This document shows, piece after piece, positions 1 through 12,351 of a DNA stretch of 64,000 nt. This DNA comes from Podarcis muralis (taxonomy: Eukaryota): NCBI RefSeq assembly GCF_964188315.1, contig NC_135667.1, positions 26,474,001-26,538,000 on the forward strand. Direction: 5' to 3'. Positions within the stretch are counted from its first letter, which is position 1. Every line of letters begins with the position of its first letter. The position numbers and the translations under genes were made by a program. The notes under the pieces were generated by a model, which was not told the DNA's origin, did not search any database, and was given only the letters and a program-made list of their open reading frames with translations.

Positions 1-1236
1 TTAGAAGCAGCCTGGGCAGCTGAGAGATGGAGTCATGTCTGATTTCTGCTGGAATCCAAAGCTGTGGCTATGGGAAAAGCAAGAACTTCTTGGGGTGCTA
101 ATGCTGGGAGCCCCTCTATCATAGGCTCAGGTTATATATATGTATGTATATATCATATCCTATATCATATACCATATCATATACCATATATCATAAAAAC
201 ACCAGTCTTCACTGTTCCTTGTTACAAAAGGAAGCACTGATCCTGGGTAAGTTCCTGCAACCCCTGGAATCTCGTACCGCTCAGAGATAGGGGTAGTGTG
301 CAACAATAGGATTGTAACACGGTTGCTGTAATCAGATGGCTATTTTCCCGTCTATACTGTATTGAGGACACATTGATGGGTGCATCTAACTGAACAACAG
401 CGGATAAAGGTAAGTTGGTTTCCTTATCCGAAAGCATGGCAAGGGAAAGTGGGATGAAATATCTACTATCAACTGTGCAGGGGAAGGATTCCAGGAGAGG
501 GGATGTCAAATGAAGACCACCTCAGGGCCTGTTCCACCTGCCCCCACCCCTGTTCTACCCTAGATTCTGTATCAGCTGTGCTGTTAGAAGGCTTCCATGG
601 GAGAATGAAAGGTCTGGTAGGAGGGGGTAGTATCTGGAAAAAGCCCTAGCTTTCTCATATTCCATTTCTGTAGGAAGGATCCTGATAACTTTTAAATGTG
701 TTAATATTGTTTGCTGCTTGGTTTGCTTTAAAAATGCAGTTTTAGGTTCCCTTGTTCACTGGCTTGGAAGTATCTGTATCCTGAACAGCAGGTCATATAT
801 TAAATTGCAACAAAGTAATAATGGATAATATAATAATATATTTGCAAGTGGGTCAAGCAAAGTGAATGGGAAGCAAGCAATCTGCAATTATGTCATAGGC
901 AAGTGTTGTATGGCTCTTGATGGGGGGAAATGGAATTGGAGGGGAGTGAATATGAAAGCGAATATTGTTTATTGTGAAAAAAATTCTACCTGGCATTTTA
1001 TCTATAATAATCAGGAGGCAATATCTGGTACATCAGGCAAAGAAGCAAAAACATACAAGTTCAGTATTAACCATCACATTTTTATAGACACACAATCTGA
1101 GCACTTTCCATCCTTCCCACTGAAAACTTTGCCACGAAAGGTACAGTATTAGAAGGGCTTAGGATTTAGTGCCTGGGGGCAAGAAGCCATGAAAGAGTGG
1201 TGCTTTCCTGCTACAATCTTGACTTCAAGAGTGAGT

Positions 1237-1261
1237 GTATGTATGTATGTATGCATGCATG

Positions 1262-1292
<31 letters not shown>
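1237..1292. repeat. (TATG)n microsatellite
   Basis: Read directly from sequence. Confidence 0.9.
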
Positions 1293-1294
<2 letters not shown>

Positions 1295-1841
1295 GCAGGA
1301 TTGCAGCTCCTTTACTTCTGGTGAAATACGGTAGTTCACATGTTGGTTACTTCATATGTAGTATCCTGCACTAACCACAACTGTGTTGTACTTGACGGTG
1401 TATAGGATGTGGTTTATTGCATTACTGTCAGTGGTGCCACAGCCTGGCCACTTCCACATTGTCGAAACAATCAACAATAACATCCGTACACTTCTCTTAC
1501 TTTTGGAAATGATGGAGGCACAGGCAAATAAACTACTAATCTGTGTACCACAGGACATGAGAAGAACAATGGGGCTGTTTCTGTCTGAACAATGGGGCTG
1601 TTTCTGTCACTTCTTATTAATTAGCATTCAAAATGGTAGATTATCTGTTGTCTGTTGTGCGTTTGATTTTGTTCTACATGTGTAGCTCACACCCATGTGA
1701 AATATGTTGCTACTGACAGTTTAAAATGCTTGTGCTTATTCCCAAAGGATGCAACAAAAATCCTTACCAAAAGAAATCTAGGGAAGAGGAATTCTCTCTA
1801 ATACAGCACAACCCAGATGCAGTCTACTGCACTTAGATTCT

Positions 1842-2796
1842 TCAAATTCTTCTCATAGGTACAAGTTTGCTGAAGACTTTTCTAAAAATGTCTTTAAACT
1901 CTCTGTTCCTCAGGCTGTAGATGAAGGGATTGAACATGGGAGTCAGGATAGTGTAGAAAACAGAGAAGACTTTGTACAGATCCTTCAGTGTGTCAGTCTT
2001 TGGTAATATGTACACTATGATAATGGTACCATAGAAAATGGTAACCACAATAAGATGAGAGGAGCAGGTAGAAAATGCTTTCTTCTTGCCACTGTTTGAA
2101 GGGATTTTCAAAATGGTGCTGATGATGCAAACATAGGAAGCGAAGGTCAGCATCATTGGTGGCATGGTGCATGCCGATCCCAAGACTGACATCAGCATTT
2201 CTGCCTGTCGGGTTTCGCTACCGGAGAGCATTAACAATGGCTCATAATCACAAAACTAATAGTCAATTACATTGGGGCCACAGAAATTCAACTGAGATGC
2301 ATGGAATGCTGTAAATGCAGCAAGCACAGCTCTAAGTATCCAAGGAGCAAAGGATAGGAGAATGCATAACCTACTCTTCATGATGGTTACATAATGCAGT
2401 GGTTTACATATTGCTACATACCTGTCATAAGACATCACTGATAAGAGAAAACACTCAGCACAAGCACAGGAACCAAAGAAAAAGGACTGCAGAAAACACC
2501 CGCTAAAAGAAATCCCATGATAGCCACTAATCAAGCTAGCCAAAAGCCTAGGGAGGATTGTTGAGGTGTAGCATGTCTCTAAAACAGACAAGTTCCCCAG
2601 GAAAAAGTACATGGGCTTGTGAAGATGGTGATTGGCTAGGACAGCTGCAGCTATAAGGAGGTTTCCAGCAACTGTCACGAGGTAGATAGCTACAAATTCA
2701 ACAAAGAGGAGAGTCTGCCATTCAGGAAGAGAACTTGAAGTCCTGGAGGATAAATTCTGTCACTGCAGTTTGATTATACTTTTGTCTTTTTGCCAT
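1842..2796 (-). pseudogene. Class II olfactory receptor pseudogene (OR11/OR6-like family, paralog of the two intact ORs to the right)
   Basis: OR motifs LHKPMYFFLGNLS, MSYDRYVAICKPLHY, KAFSTCSSHL, PMFNPFIYSLRN. Start MAKRQKYNQTAVTEF at 2796. +1 frameshift at ~2730-2733 (aag ttct ctt cct gaa vs aag tcg ctt cct gaa in the 20734 paralog). In-frame TAG at 2256-2258 in the D-H-F-F-C-D motif. Conserved extracellular-loop-2 Cys changed to Gly (MLSG). Confidence 0.93.
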
Positions 2797-2905
2797 GAGT
2801 TATTCTATCTAGAGTCAATATATTTTCTAAAACAGAAATCACAAATGTAAACATGATGTGAGTGCCATCTGCTAATCCACATATTTAATACTATATACAG
2901 TGGTA

Positions 2906-3268
2906 AAAATGTAAAGGTAAAGGTACCCCTGCCCGTACGGGCCAGTCTTGACAGACTCTAGGGTTGTGCGCTCATCTCACTCTAGAGGCCGGGAGCCAGC
3001 GCTGTCCGCAGACACTTCCAGGCCACGTGGCCAGCGTGACGAAGCTACTCTGGCGAGCCAGAGCCGCACACGGAAACGCCGTTTACCTTCCCGCTAGTAA
3101 GCGTTCCCTATTTATCTACTTGCACCCAGGGGTGCTTTCAAACTGCTAGGTTGGCAGGCGCTGGGACCGAGCAGCAGGAGCGCACCCCGCCGCAGGGATT
3201 CGAACCGCTGACCATGCGATCGGCAAGTCCTAGGCGCTGAGGTTTTACCCACAGCGCCACTCGTGTCC
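2906..3268 (-). mobile_element. Sauria SINE (tRNA-derived head, BovB-related tail)
   Basis: Head gggacacgagtggcgctgtgggtaaaacc..ggttcgaatccc and (ACCTTT)n tail on minus strand; 15-bp TSD ctatatacagtggta at 2891-2905 and 3269-3283. Confidence 0.9.
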
Positions 3269-3275
3269 CTATATA

Positions 3276-3515
3276 CAGTGGTACCTCAGGTTAAAAACTT
3301 AATTCGTTTTGGAGGTCCGTTCTTAACTTGAAACTGTTTTTAACCTGAGGTACCACTTTTGCTAATGGGCTTCCTGCTGCCGCCGCGCCGCCGGAGCACG
3401 ATTTCTGTTCTCATCCTGAAGCAAAGTTCTTAACCCAAGGTACTATTTCTGGGTTAGCAGAGTCTGTAACCTGAAGCGTCTGTAACCTGAGCGTATGTAA
3501 CCCGAGGTACCACTG
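3276..3515. mobile_element. Tc1/mariner-type MITE (TIR cagtggtacctc, TA TSD)
   Basis: TA-cagtggtacctc ... gaggtaccactg-TA; same family at 28243, 45567 and 53597. Confidence 0.85.
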
Positions 3516-4866
3516 TATATATATCTACCCACAGTGTTTAGATAAATCACATTGTGTAACAATTCTCTCTGATGAAGTTATGAGAGCTGAACTGAGCCAT
3601 TATTATAAATATTTTGCTTCTCTATGTTGGGTCAAAATAATGATAATAATATAAGATACCAGATAGACCGATAAAAATGGTCGTGTTGTTGAACATAATC
3701 AAAATGTATGTGAGCAGAAGTGGGGAACATAAACAGAAATTGGCAACATCACTCTGAACACATTTCCTGCTGTTGCAGTTCATTTATTTCTAGCTTTTAT
3801 GCCTGATGACGTCAGAAGGTCAACACTCTATATAATCTTCATTCGATTTTAGTGAAAAGGCAACTTAGCAATGCCCTCTATATTATTTCTTTATTTGCTC
3901 TTGTTATACCAGTGAAATTGGCTTAATTCCTACAACCTTAACACACACAAAGAAACACACACACACAGGGGGTGTGGAGAGACAGATTTATCTGTCACTG
4001 TTTCCTATTATTAGGGCTGTTGTGCCATATGAAGAAGTTTACAAAATGAGGACAGACCACAAATTAGTCAATGGTTGCTAATTTTTTTTTAAAAAAAAGA
4101 AAGTGTCTATGAGGAAATGCATATGGAGACAGAGACAGAGATTTGTCAAATATGAACATACCTGGTAGCATTTGCTTATGTAAATACATGCATGTAAGGC
4201 AGTGGAGATAAACCATTTTTCGTAAGAGCTCTGCATCAAATCCGAAGTGCACACTACAAATATAGTTCCTAGTGCTTGGCAGAAAGTTTTGACCTTCGGA
4301 GCTGCAACATAAGATTTGTACAATTCTGATATGTTTACAAACTCTGACTCCTGAAAAATGAAATGAAAGTTTGACAGATTAAACTTCTTGGTATCATCTC
4401 TGACCGTTGGTATCTTTCCAAGACTTTACCTCCCATTGCTTCCACGAATCAGTGGGAGTTCATTCAGGTATGCTGTGTAGGGATTTTAGACCAAGTGGCA
4501 TATTACACAGTAGAAATGTGCTATAATATGTAAACAACAAAGTAAGGCTTAGATAAACATCAGGAAATATCAGCTGCTGCCACAAGTTTTATGAGACTAG
4601 TTCAAGCACAAAACCAAATAAAAAAGGAGAGAAAATGCTTATGTATTACAGAACACAGCCTTGAACACCTAAAAAAAGAATACATCATGGGAATACTAAT
4701 ATCACATTGCTTCAGACTACTGAGCAGTCCAGTCCAGTCTAATTGTCAGTAGCTCTTGAGCTCCTCAGGTGGGTTGGGGGTGGGGACTGTCTCTGCTCTG
4801 TCACTTGAAAATTTTCACCTGTAGACTGAATCTTGGAAAATCTACAATCCCGAGTTATATCCAATG

Positions 4867-5058
4867 ATACAGGGGTGCCAACTTGAATAAAATATTTGGG
4901 GGGGGGGGCAGGTAAGCCCTGCCTAGCATAATCAATCACATGATGCAGTGCATGCACACCATTTGAATAGCAACACCCATCAACACTGGGGGGCCCAGCC
5001 CTCTTAAATATTCTCTTGGGGGGCAAAGACCCCCTTTGTACCTATGAGTTGGCTCTCA
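4867..5058 (+). mobile_element. Non-autonomous DNA-transposon-like repeat; inverted copy at ~8891-9075
   Basis: cagggg tgccaacttgaataaaat..gcataatcaatcacatga..catttgaat..catcaac shared in reverse complement with 8891-9075. Confidence 0.55.
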
Positions 5059-5317
5059 TGTGATGATACTTCTACTCAGAGTTGACACATTGAAAATAAT
5101 AGCTATGACTATGTTTAAGCAATTTAGGTACTTAATTAAAATGGGTATACTCTGAGTAAAACTAAGTTGAACACAACCATTTGTCCCTTGCCTTATAATG
5201 AACGAGTACCCATATTTTGCAATGTTTAACCAGTACCATAAAGGAGCTCCTAACCCCTGTGCTATAAAATAGCAGAATATTTGCAGCAGCTACTGAGAGA
5301 GGTCAACACTCCATCAA

Positions 5318-5477
5318 ATAGTAGAATTGGAAGGGACCCTGAATGTCATCTAGTCCAACCCCCTGCAATGCAGGAATCTCAACAAAAGCATCCATGATAC
5401 ATGGTCATCTAATCTTTGCTTAAAAACCTCCAATGAAGGAGAGTCTACCACCTTCCGAGGAATCCGCTCCACTATCA
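5318..5477 (-). mobile_element. CR1 3' fragment
   Basis: gtagaattggaagggaccctgaatgtcatctagtccaaccccctgcaatgcagg is the reverse complement of the CR1 3' end. Confidence 0.7.
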
Positions 5478-8008
5478 AACAGCTTTTGTAATATCCCTAG
5501 AAATCACCCTCTCTTTCAACCTCTCACACACAAACCTTTGTACCTTCAAAGATGTGCTCCCCATCGGTGCTTTGACCTCTTCTTTCAAAGTATCAGGACA
5601 GCTGGATATAGATCCTTTGGTACTTTTCCATTTCTTTCCTCAAACAAAATGTGTGACTGCAATAAAGGTCTGTACACAGTATTCCAACCTACTTTCTCTG
5701 ACTATATCTTGCAGTTATTTATTTTTACTCTGTGAAGATGTAAATTTTCTGGGCAGTTCTGCCAAAGTCAAGTCTCTGGTGAAAGTTCCTTTCAGAAAAT
5801 AAAAAGGACAAAGGGGACCTTTCAATGGAATGTATTAATTTCTCACACTTCCCTCCCTCCCTTCCTTCTATAGAATGGAAATAAGCATCATGGGCAAGAA
5901 AAAATATATATGCCCAATTATGTGTGACACATGAAGCACTGCATCTACCAGGGAGATTGCAGACATACTGCAGGCCTGACAGAGTTGGATGGGAAAAAAA
6001 CAACATGAAGAAAGAGACAATGCATGTGCTTTTGTAAACAAGGAAAATCTTTAATAAAAATTGTTTATATATTTTTTTAAAAAAACAACATGTGGAAGAT
6101 GCCTGTGACCTCCCTAGCTTGCATCTTTCCTGCAAGGTGCATAAGTGTACCCTTGATAGCAACTTTGTGCATGCTTTCACTCTTCTAAGGTTGCGGCTTC
6201 GGGGGGGGGGGTCATGGTGTTATGAGACAAAGGCAGGTTCTCTTGATGACATAGCCTCAAGAAGCATGTCAGGAGATCCTCTGAAAACTGGGTGCGGGGT
6301 TATCAGGCATTCCAGAGCGTTTTCCAGGTGGCCTACTCCAAACGAGACTACTGGCACCTCAGCAACCACATGGGTGCTTTCCCCAAGGCTCAGGTACTGG
6401 CTGGGGGGTGCTGTAGCTATTGCCTTTGATGAGGCATTTTGCCAGCAGGCACAGCACAATCAGAATTCATAATGGGACCTCCATAATAACAAGCTCTGAC
6501 TTGCTCAATCCAAAATATACTCAGAGTCCTGTCTTTCTCAACTCTATTTCTGCCAGCTCAGCATATTTCTTAGTGTCTCCATCCATGGTTTCCTTCCCCT
6601 TCTCCAACATCATAACTCCACCATTGGGTTGTTTCACTTCTCCAGGAAACATTGTGGAGGTCCTCTCGATTTCATTATAATGAAATCTATAATTATAATT
6701 ATCTATTGCTTTACCATTCCATTCTCCAGTTCTGGAAATCCTCCATCAGTATTTTTTCCCAGGTACTCTGTAACTTCTCCAGCCTCAGCTGGTCCAGTAC
6801 ATTTTTATTCACCATTTTATGCATCTCTGCAGTCAGTGGGATGTTTTTCAGTATTTTCACCATACTGAGTGCTTTCTTCGAGATCCACACAGTCCTTGCT
6901 TATCAAAAGTACATTCCTAGCATTCTTCTCCCACAGCAGCATGGCCATGTAGTTTCACATTACAATCAGCAGATTCACCAGTGGGGTGGAGGATCAAAAA
7001 TAAAGTGAAATAAAATCAAAACAACTCAGAGCTCCTGTTAACTGTTAAGAAACTTTCGTAGGTACGTATATTTAAATAATGCTTTTTGTTCTATTTTCTT
7101 TTCAGCCCTCTAGTGTCATCTCCTCTTAAGTCCAGCAGTCAGGACTTATTTCAGATGAGCCATTTAACCAGCAGACAGAAAACCTCTGTCATAATTTATA
7201 GCAGTTTCAGAAGCAGTTGAAGAAAGGGAGGTTTAGTCAATCTTTGCCCAAGGACTGACCCTCCTAGGGCTATTAAGTGGGGTTTGGACAAGATTGCAGT
7301 TCTTCCTCTTCCCAGTCACTCACCCAAACAGCTTCCTTGAAGGTTTCTCAGTCCCAAAGTGAGAGAGCAGCCCTTCCACAGCACTGGAAGTTAATCCCTG
7401 TTATCTCTGTTCCTCAGAGATAATATGATAGCTAATGGTTATCATTAATCACCACCTAATGATGTTTGTCAATGGAGTCTCAGGAGGAGATTTCTAATGA
7501 GCTGTGATTCCTCCTCAGAAATCTGGCCTGATTTCCACCCAACACTGGTACCTGTCTAAATTATTTCTGCTGCACTCACAATCCACAAAATGCACCTTTC
7601 AGAATCCAATACTGATTATGTCTAAATCCTAAAGAGAAATCTAGTGTGACATCTCTGGAGAAGTTGCTCTGCAAGGGAGTGTGGAATGGAGCTGGGAGTC
7701 TATCTGTTGTATGAGTTCTTTGATGCCCTTCCATGGAATCACACACTCCCCCCCCCCCGGAAGAGCTGTACCCTCCTTTGGACAACAACAATCACAATAG
7801 TGATGTATATGTTTCCTGAATCAGCCCATAATTTTGTAGCTCTGAATTTCCTTCACTGAGCCATCACTTGGACTGGCAGGTGAAAAGGTCTCCTACAACT
7901 CTCTCATTCCATGACCCCCCGCATCTCAGAGTATCTCTCTTTTTTTTTATCCAACACTAATTAAAGTACATGTAAATCTTAATTAAAGTACATGTAAATC
8001 TTAATGGG

Positions 8009-8364
8009 GACAGCGGGTGGCGCTGTGGGTAAAAGCCTCAGCGCCTAGGGCTTGCCGATCGAAAGGTCGGCGGTTCGAATCCCCGCGGTGGGGTGCGCTC
8101 CCGTTGCTCGGTCCCAGCGCCTGCCAACCTAGCAGTTCAAAAGCACCCCCGGGTGCAAGTAGATAAATAGGGACCGCTTACTAGCGGGAAGGTAAACGGC
8201 GTTTCCGTGTGTGGCTCTGGCTCACCAGAGCAGCGATGTCACGCTGGCCACGTGACCCGGAAGTGTCTCCGGACAGCGCTGGCCCCTGGCCTCTTGAGTG
8301 AGATGGGCGCACAACCCTAGAGTCTGTCAAGACTGGCCCGTACGGGCAGGGGTACCTTTACCTT
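8009..8364 (+). mobile_element. Sauria SINE
   Basis: Same family as 2906-3268 in + orientation; TSD taaatcttaatggg at 7995-8008 and 8365-8378. Confidence 0.9.
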
Positions 8365-8410
8365 TAAATCTTAATGGGAAAACTAGTGTGCCATCTATTA
8401 TCTACTGGCG

Positions 8411-8663
8411 AGAGCCAGTGTGGTGTAGTGGTTAAGAGCAGTAGACTCATAATCTGGTGAACCGGGTTTGTGTCTCCTCTCCTCCACATGCAGCTGCTGG
8501 GTGACCTTGGGCTAGTCACACTTCTTTGAAGTCTTTCAGCCCCACTCACCTAACAGAGTGTTTGTTCGGGGGGGGGGGGGAGGAGAATGTTAGCTGCTTT
8601 GAGACTCCTTTGGGTAGTGATAAAGCAGGATATCAAATCCAAACTCCTCTTCTTCTTCTTCTT
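8411..8663 (+). mobile_element. tRNA-derived SINE with L2-like tail (Squam3/MIR-like)
   Basis: A-box tggtgtagtggttaagagc, core gggtgaccttgggctagtcac, tail gctttgagactcc..gggatatcaaatcc followed by (CTT)n. Confidence 0.7.
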
Positions 8664-9740
8664 GAGAAGGCACTCTGCTAGGGATGGGGAATGAAGCTGG
8701 GTGGGTGAGTTTATCTATTGTATGAGTTCTCAGATATCAGGTCGACACCTGAAATTCCTCTGAGGCTAAGGGTGCACACATTAAGTCTCCAACCCCATGA
8801 ATTCCCCTCTCACACACACCCCATTTGCTGCAAGTCTAAGGTTGCGCCAAATAGCAGCATCTCCTCTGTTGAGTACTTTATCTCAAACATAGGAGCCAAC
8901 TCCAAGGGGCTGAGGGGCCTTCACACACACCCCATAAAATATATGAGGGGCAGCCCCTCCCAAGTTGATGGCCATTGCCATTCAAATGGTGAGCATGACT
9001 GTATCATGTGATTGATTATGCAGGGCAGGGGTTACCTGCCTCCCCCAATTTTTTTCATCAGGTTGGCATTCCTGATCTAAAATAATAAAAAATGTTTTGA
9101 ACAGAAGACCCTGAAGAGTGGGATTATATGCTGCAATAATTTAGGCAAATGAATTTTCATGCCAATCTTCCCATAGAGATGGGCGAATAAATTGTGGTGG
9201 TGTCACAGGACTGCATTTGCCAGCTATGTCCTCATTGGCTCCACCCCAGTCTTCACTCATAGAGGCAAAGGATCTGAAAGAGAGTATTCACTGCAACTGG
9301 GAACCCTGTAAAGTCAGTGCCCTTTGCTGTACAGAGGATTCTTTTCCTTCTAGCTTTTAAAATATTTTATTCATCTGTGAACAAAAAAATTGCAAACATA
9401 ACAACAAGTAAAGAATAAGAAATTTAAACCATAAAGCATTAGAGCCTGGAACGACAAAAGTAAAAAGATGTATTGCGGTTCCAAAGAGATAATCAAGTAT
9501 TAATTCATACAAGGATCCCCTTTACAAATAATAAAGGTTTATAAAAAATAAATATATACTTCACCTGTTAGATCCATCATTATTAATAATAAATATTTTA
9601 TTAGTCTTAAATGAGCCAGACATTTGCATACAATGATGGCACTGAGTGACCATGTTCCTCATTTTTTTTTATAAGAAATAAAATCAAGACACAAAATAGG
9701 GATGGGGAGTCCTTCAAGCTCTGCCTTTTAGATATTTTAG

Positions 9741-10526
9741 TTTGCGTGTTCAGACCCAGAAACCTCCCTCCTAAATAAATTTACACTTTACTCAAATGTT
9801 GGTTTTGGTTTTTAGCAGAATTTAGTCCACAACTTTATTGATTACAGAAAGTGACTGGTTGCATAAGCTCTGGTTCGACTAGCTCCCTGCCATGCAGGCA
9901 TCACTGACCCAGAGTTCCAGCATAGGTCAGCCAAGAGGGAACACCTAGATAAACAGAAAGCTGGGAACGGGCTAACTCTGCCACCCAAATGTCCCCCTGG
10001 ACTCAGGCACGGGCACAACCCCCTCTCAGGGTTTGACCAAACCATCAAGTCCTTGGATTCCTTTAACGGAATATCCTTCACATAGGGATGGTGAGAGCGT
10101 TCTCCCATCCCTATCACCTGAACCAGAGCCTATCCACAACCTTACAAGTTGTGATGATATGCTACGCTGCAGGCGAAACCCAAATGGCAACAGCCAATCA
10201 GCCAAGTGGGGAAATTTCCTGCCATGCCCCTGTCCCGAAGACAGACAACACATGACGGCATAGCAAGGTCAAGCGCAAAGCCCTAAAAGCAGGGAGAGGT
10301 GGGTGGGTGTTCCGAATGCACATGCCAAAAGAGGAAGCTCTTGGTCACGTGCATGGGTATAAATAGGTCCCTCAAACCGTTTGGACTGCGTCCCATTGGC
10401 CAGATTGCACCCAGCTATGAGGGACCTACCAATCGGATGTTGTGGCTGACCAACCGTACCCACCCACAACACAGGGTGTCGGTTTTCCAGGTCTCACCAC
10501 AATACGTGCCCTCTTTAAGGGAGGAC
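9741..10526 (-). mobile_element. ~780-bp LTR-like repeat (solo LTR or DIRS/Ngaro-type terminal repeat)
   Basis: Homologous end-to-end to 32037-32800. On the minus strand it has CCAAT boxes, a TATA-like element and aatcaataaagttgtgg poly(A) signal. No TSD seen. Confidence 0.7.
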
Positions 10527-11239
10527 CCGATTTCTGAACTATCTTTTCAAGAATGGCCATTTGACAAATTCTTGAATGCCAGCGATAAATAGTATATGGA
10601 TTTGAAAACAAACAAATAAATGGCATGCTGGATCAGATTTATGAATGAGCACATGCAAAACTGACACAGGATGAAAACAGACTGATACATCTCTAGTTAG
10701 GGCACCCTTTAATGGTGCATTTCCCCCCCAATGCAACAATATGATGGGTCATTGTAAGATAATTCAATGCCAGTTCATGGCTGGTTGGGGAGATATAATC
10801 TGCAGCCCCAGTCAAAAGTTGTGGGACCTGTCTGGCATGAGGAATTCAACGGTGTTAATGGTGCCTTGCCATTGTTAGGTATGCAGGCTTCCAGAATCAC
10901 AACAAAATCTAAACCCTGCATTTCAGGCGGAACCTTAAACCCAAGGAGGTTAAATTTCTGTCACAGTTGTTGGATTAACCCCATTTCTCCCTCCTATGGT
11001 TCATTTTATTCAGTTCTGTAGTCCCAATAGATTACAAAGGGTGGAATACTAGGTTTTGGAAATGTCTCCCCTCTTCTGAGTGACATTATACATGTATATG
11101 CTCTGCATCTTTTTAAAAAGCAATCAGTGTTGTTAGTTTCACTAATTTCACTGGTGGATTTTTGAAATTGCAAGTCACAAATCACTTACTCCAAAGTGCT
11201 TCTATTGTTTTCAGTTTGTCTCCTCAGTTACAGAAGCAT

Positions 11240-12289
11240 TTAGTTTTGCTGCATTTGGTTTCCTTCCATTGTTCTCTCCGACACAAATTTTCTGAAGGCT
11301 TTTGTAAGCGCTTGCTTGAAGTCTCTGTTCCTCAGGCTGTAGATGAAGGGATTGAACATGGGAGTCAGGATGGTGTAGCAAAGAGAAAAGATTTTGTTCA
11401 GACCCCTCAGTGTGTCGGTGTTTGGTAACATGTACACTATGATAAGGGTACCATAGAAAATGGTGACCACAATAAGATGAGAGGAGCAGGTAGAAAAAGC
11501 TTTCTTCCTGCCACTGTTTGAAGGGATTTTCAAAATGGTGTTGATAATGCAAGCATAGGAGGTCAAGGTCAGTATCAATGGTGGCATGATCCCTGCGAAT
11601 CCCACCACTGTCATCAAGATTTCTGCCTGCTTGGTTTCACCACAGGAGAGCATTAACAATGGAGTATAATCACAAAAGAAATGGTCGATTTCATTGGGGC
11701 CACAGAAATTCAGATGTGATACACAGAATGCCGTAATTGCAGTAAGTACAGCCCCAATAATCCAAGGAGCAACTGATAACTGAACACATAGTCTTCTGTT
11801 CATGAGGGTTACATAATGTAATGGTTTGCATATGGCTACATACCTGTCATATGACATCACAGATAAGAGGTAACACTCAGTGCAAGCAAAACAGCCAAAG
11901 AAATAGAACTGGAGAAAACACCCGCTAAAAGAAATCCCATAATAGTCACTCAACAAGCTAGCCAAAAGTTTTGGAAGGGTTGTTGAGGTGTAGCAGATCT
12001 CTAAAATAGACAGGTTCCCCAGGAAGAAGTACATGGGCTTGTGAAGATGATGGTCAGCGAGGACTGCTGTGGCTATAAGAATGTTTCCAGCAACTGTTAC
12101 CATGTAGATTGCTAAAAATATAACAAAGAGTGGAGTCTGCAGTTCAGGAAGCGTCTTGAATCCTAGGAGGATAAATTCTGTGACCACTGTTTCATTATCC
12201 CTTTCCTTTTTTGTCACAAATTGTTCCATTCTGAGACTAAATAAGTGCTGGAACAGAAAGCACAGATATAAACATTTTGTGAGTGCCAT
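11240..12289 (-). CDS. Intact single-exon class II olfactory receptor (OR11/OR6-like)
   Basis: 349-aa ORF with all OR motifs (PMYFFL, MSYDRYVAIC, HFFCD, KAFSTCSSH, PMFNPFIYSLRN) and N-terminal sequon NET. Start is either 12289 (ATG directly after a CAG acceptor) or 12229 (MEQFV). Confidence 0.95.
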   Translation of the reverse strand: MALTKCLYLCFLFQHLFSLRMEQFVTKKERDNETVVTEFILLGFKTLPELQTPLFVIFLAIYMVTVAGNILIATAVLADHHLHKPMYFFLGNLSILEICYTSTTLPKLLASLLSDYYGISFSGCFLQFYFFGCFACTECYLLSVMSYDRYVAICKPLHYVTLMNRRLCVQLSVAPWIIGAVLTAITAFCVSHLNFCGPNEIDHFFCDYTPLLMLSCGETKQAEILMTVVGFAGIMPPLILTLTSYACIINTILKIPSNSGRKKAFSTCSSHLIVVTIFYGTLIIVYMLPNTDTLRGLNKIFSLCYTILTPMFNPFIYSLRNRDFKQALTKAFRKFVSERTMEGNQMQQN

Positions 12290-12310
12290 CTGCTTAACTC
12301 CATAAATAGA

Positions 12311-12311
<1 letters not shown>

Positions 12312-12351
<40 letters not shown>
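12312..12351. repeat. (ATCT)n microsatellite
   Basis: Read directly from sequence. Confidence 0.9.

Noticed and set aside
1564-1608. 22-bp direct repeat, and a similar one at 7958-8001
   Set aside because: Simple two-copy slippage duplications with no spacer array, so not CRISPR-like or functional on current evidence.
4078-4470. Long minus-strand open frame ending at a donor-like CAG|GTATGT, and a + strand acceptor at 7105
   Set aside because: No recognisable protein similarity and no consistent exon chain. Isolated splice-like sites are expected by chance.
7690-7745. Minus-strand peptide VIPWKGIKELIQQIDSQL resembling ClyA/haemolysin E VIPW motif
   Set aside because: Very short match in a frame that stops soon after, with no supporting context. 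Treated as coincidence.
8009-8100. tRNA-like A/B boxes here and at 3200-3268, 8411-8470, 13741-13800, 16490-16550
   Set aside because: They are followed by SINE bodies and tails, have TSDs in some cases, and show no cloverleaf acceptor stem. These are SINE heads, not tRNA genes.
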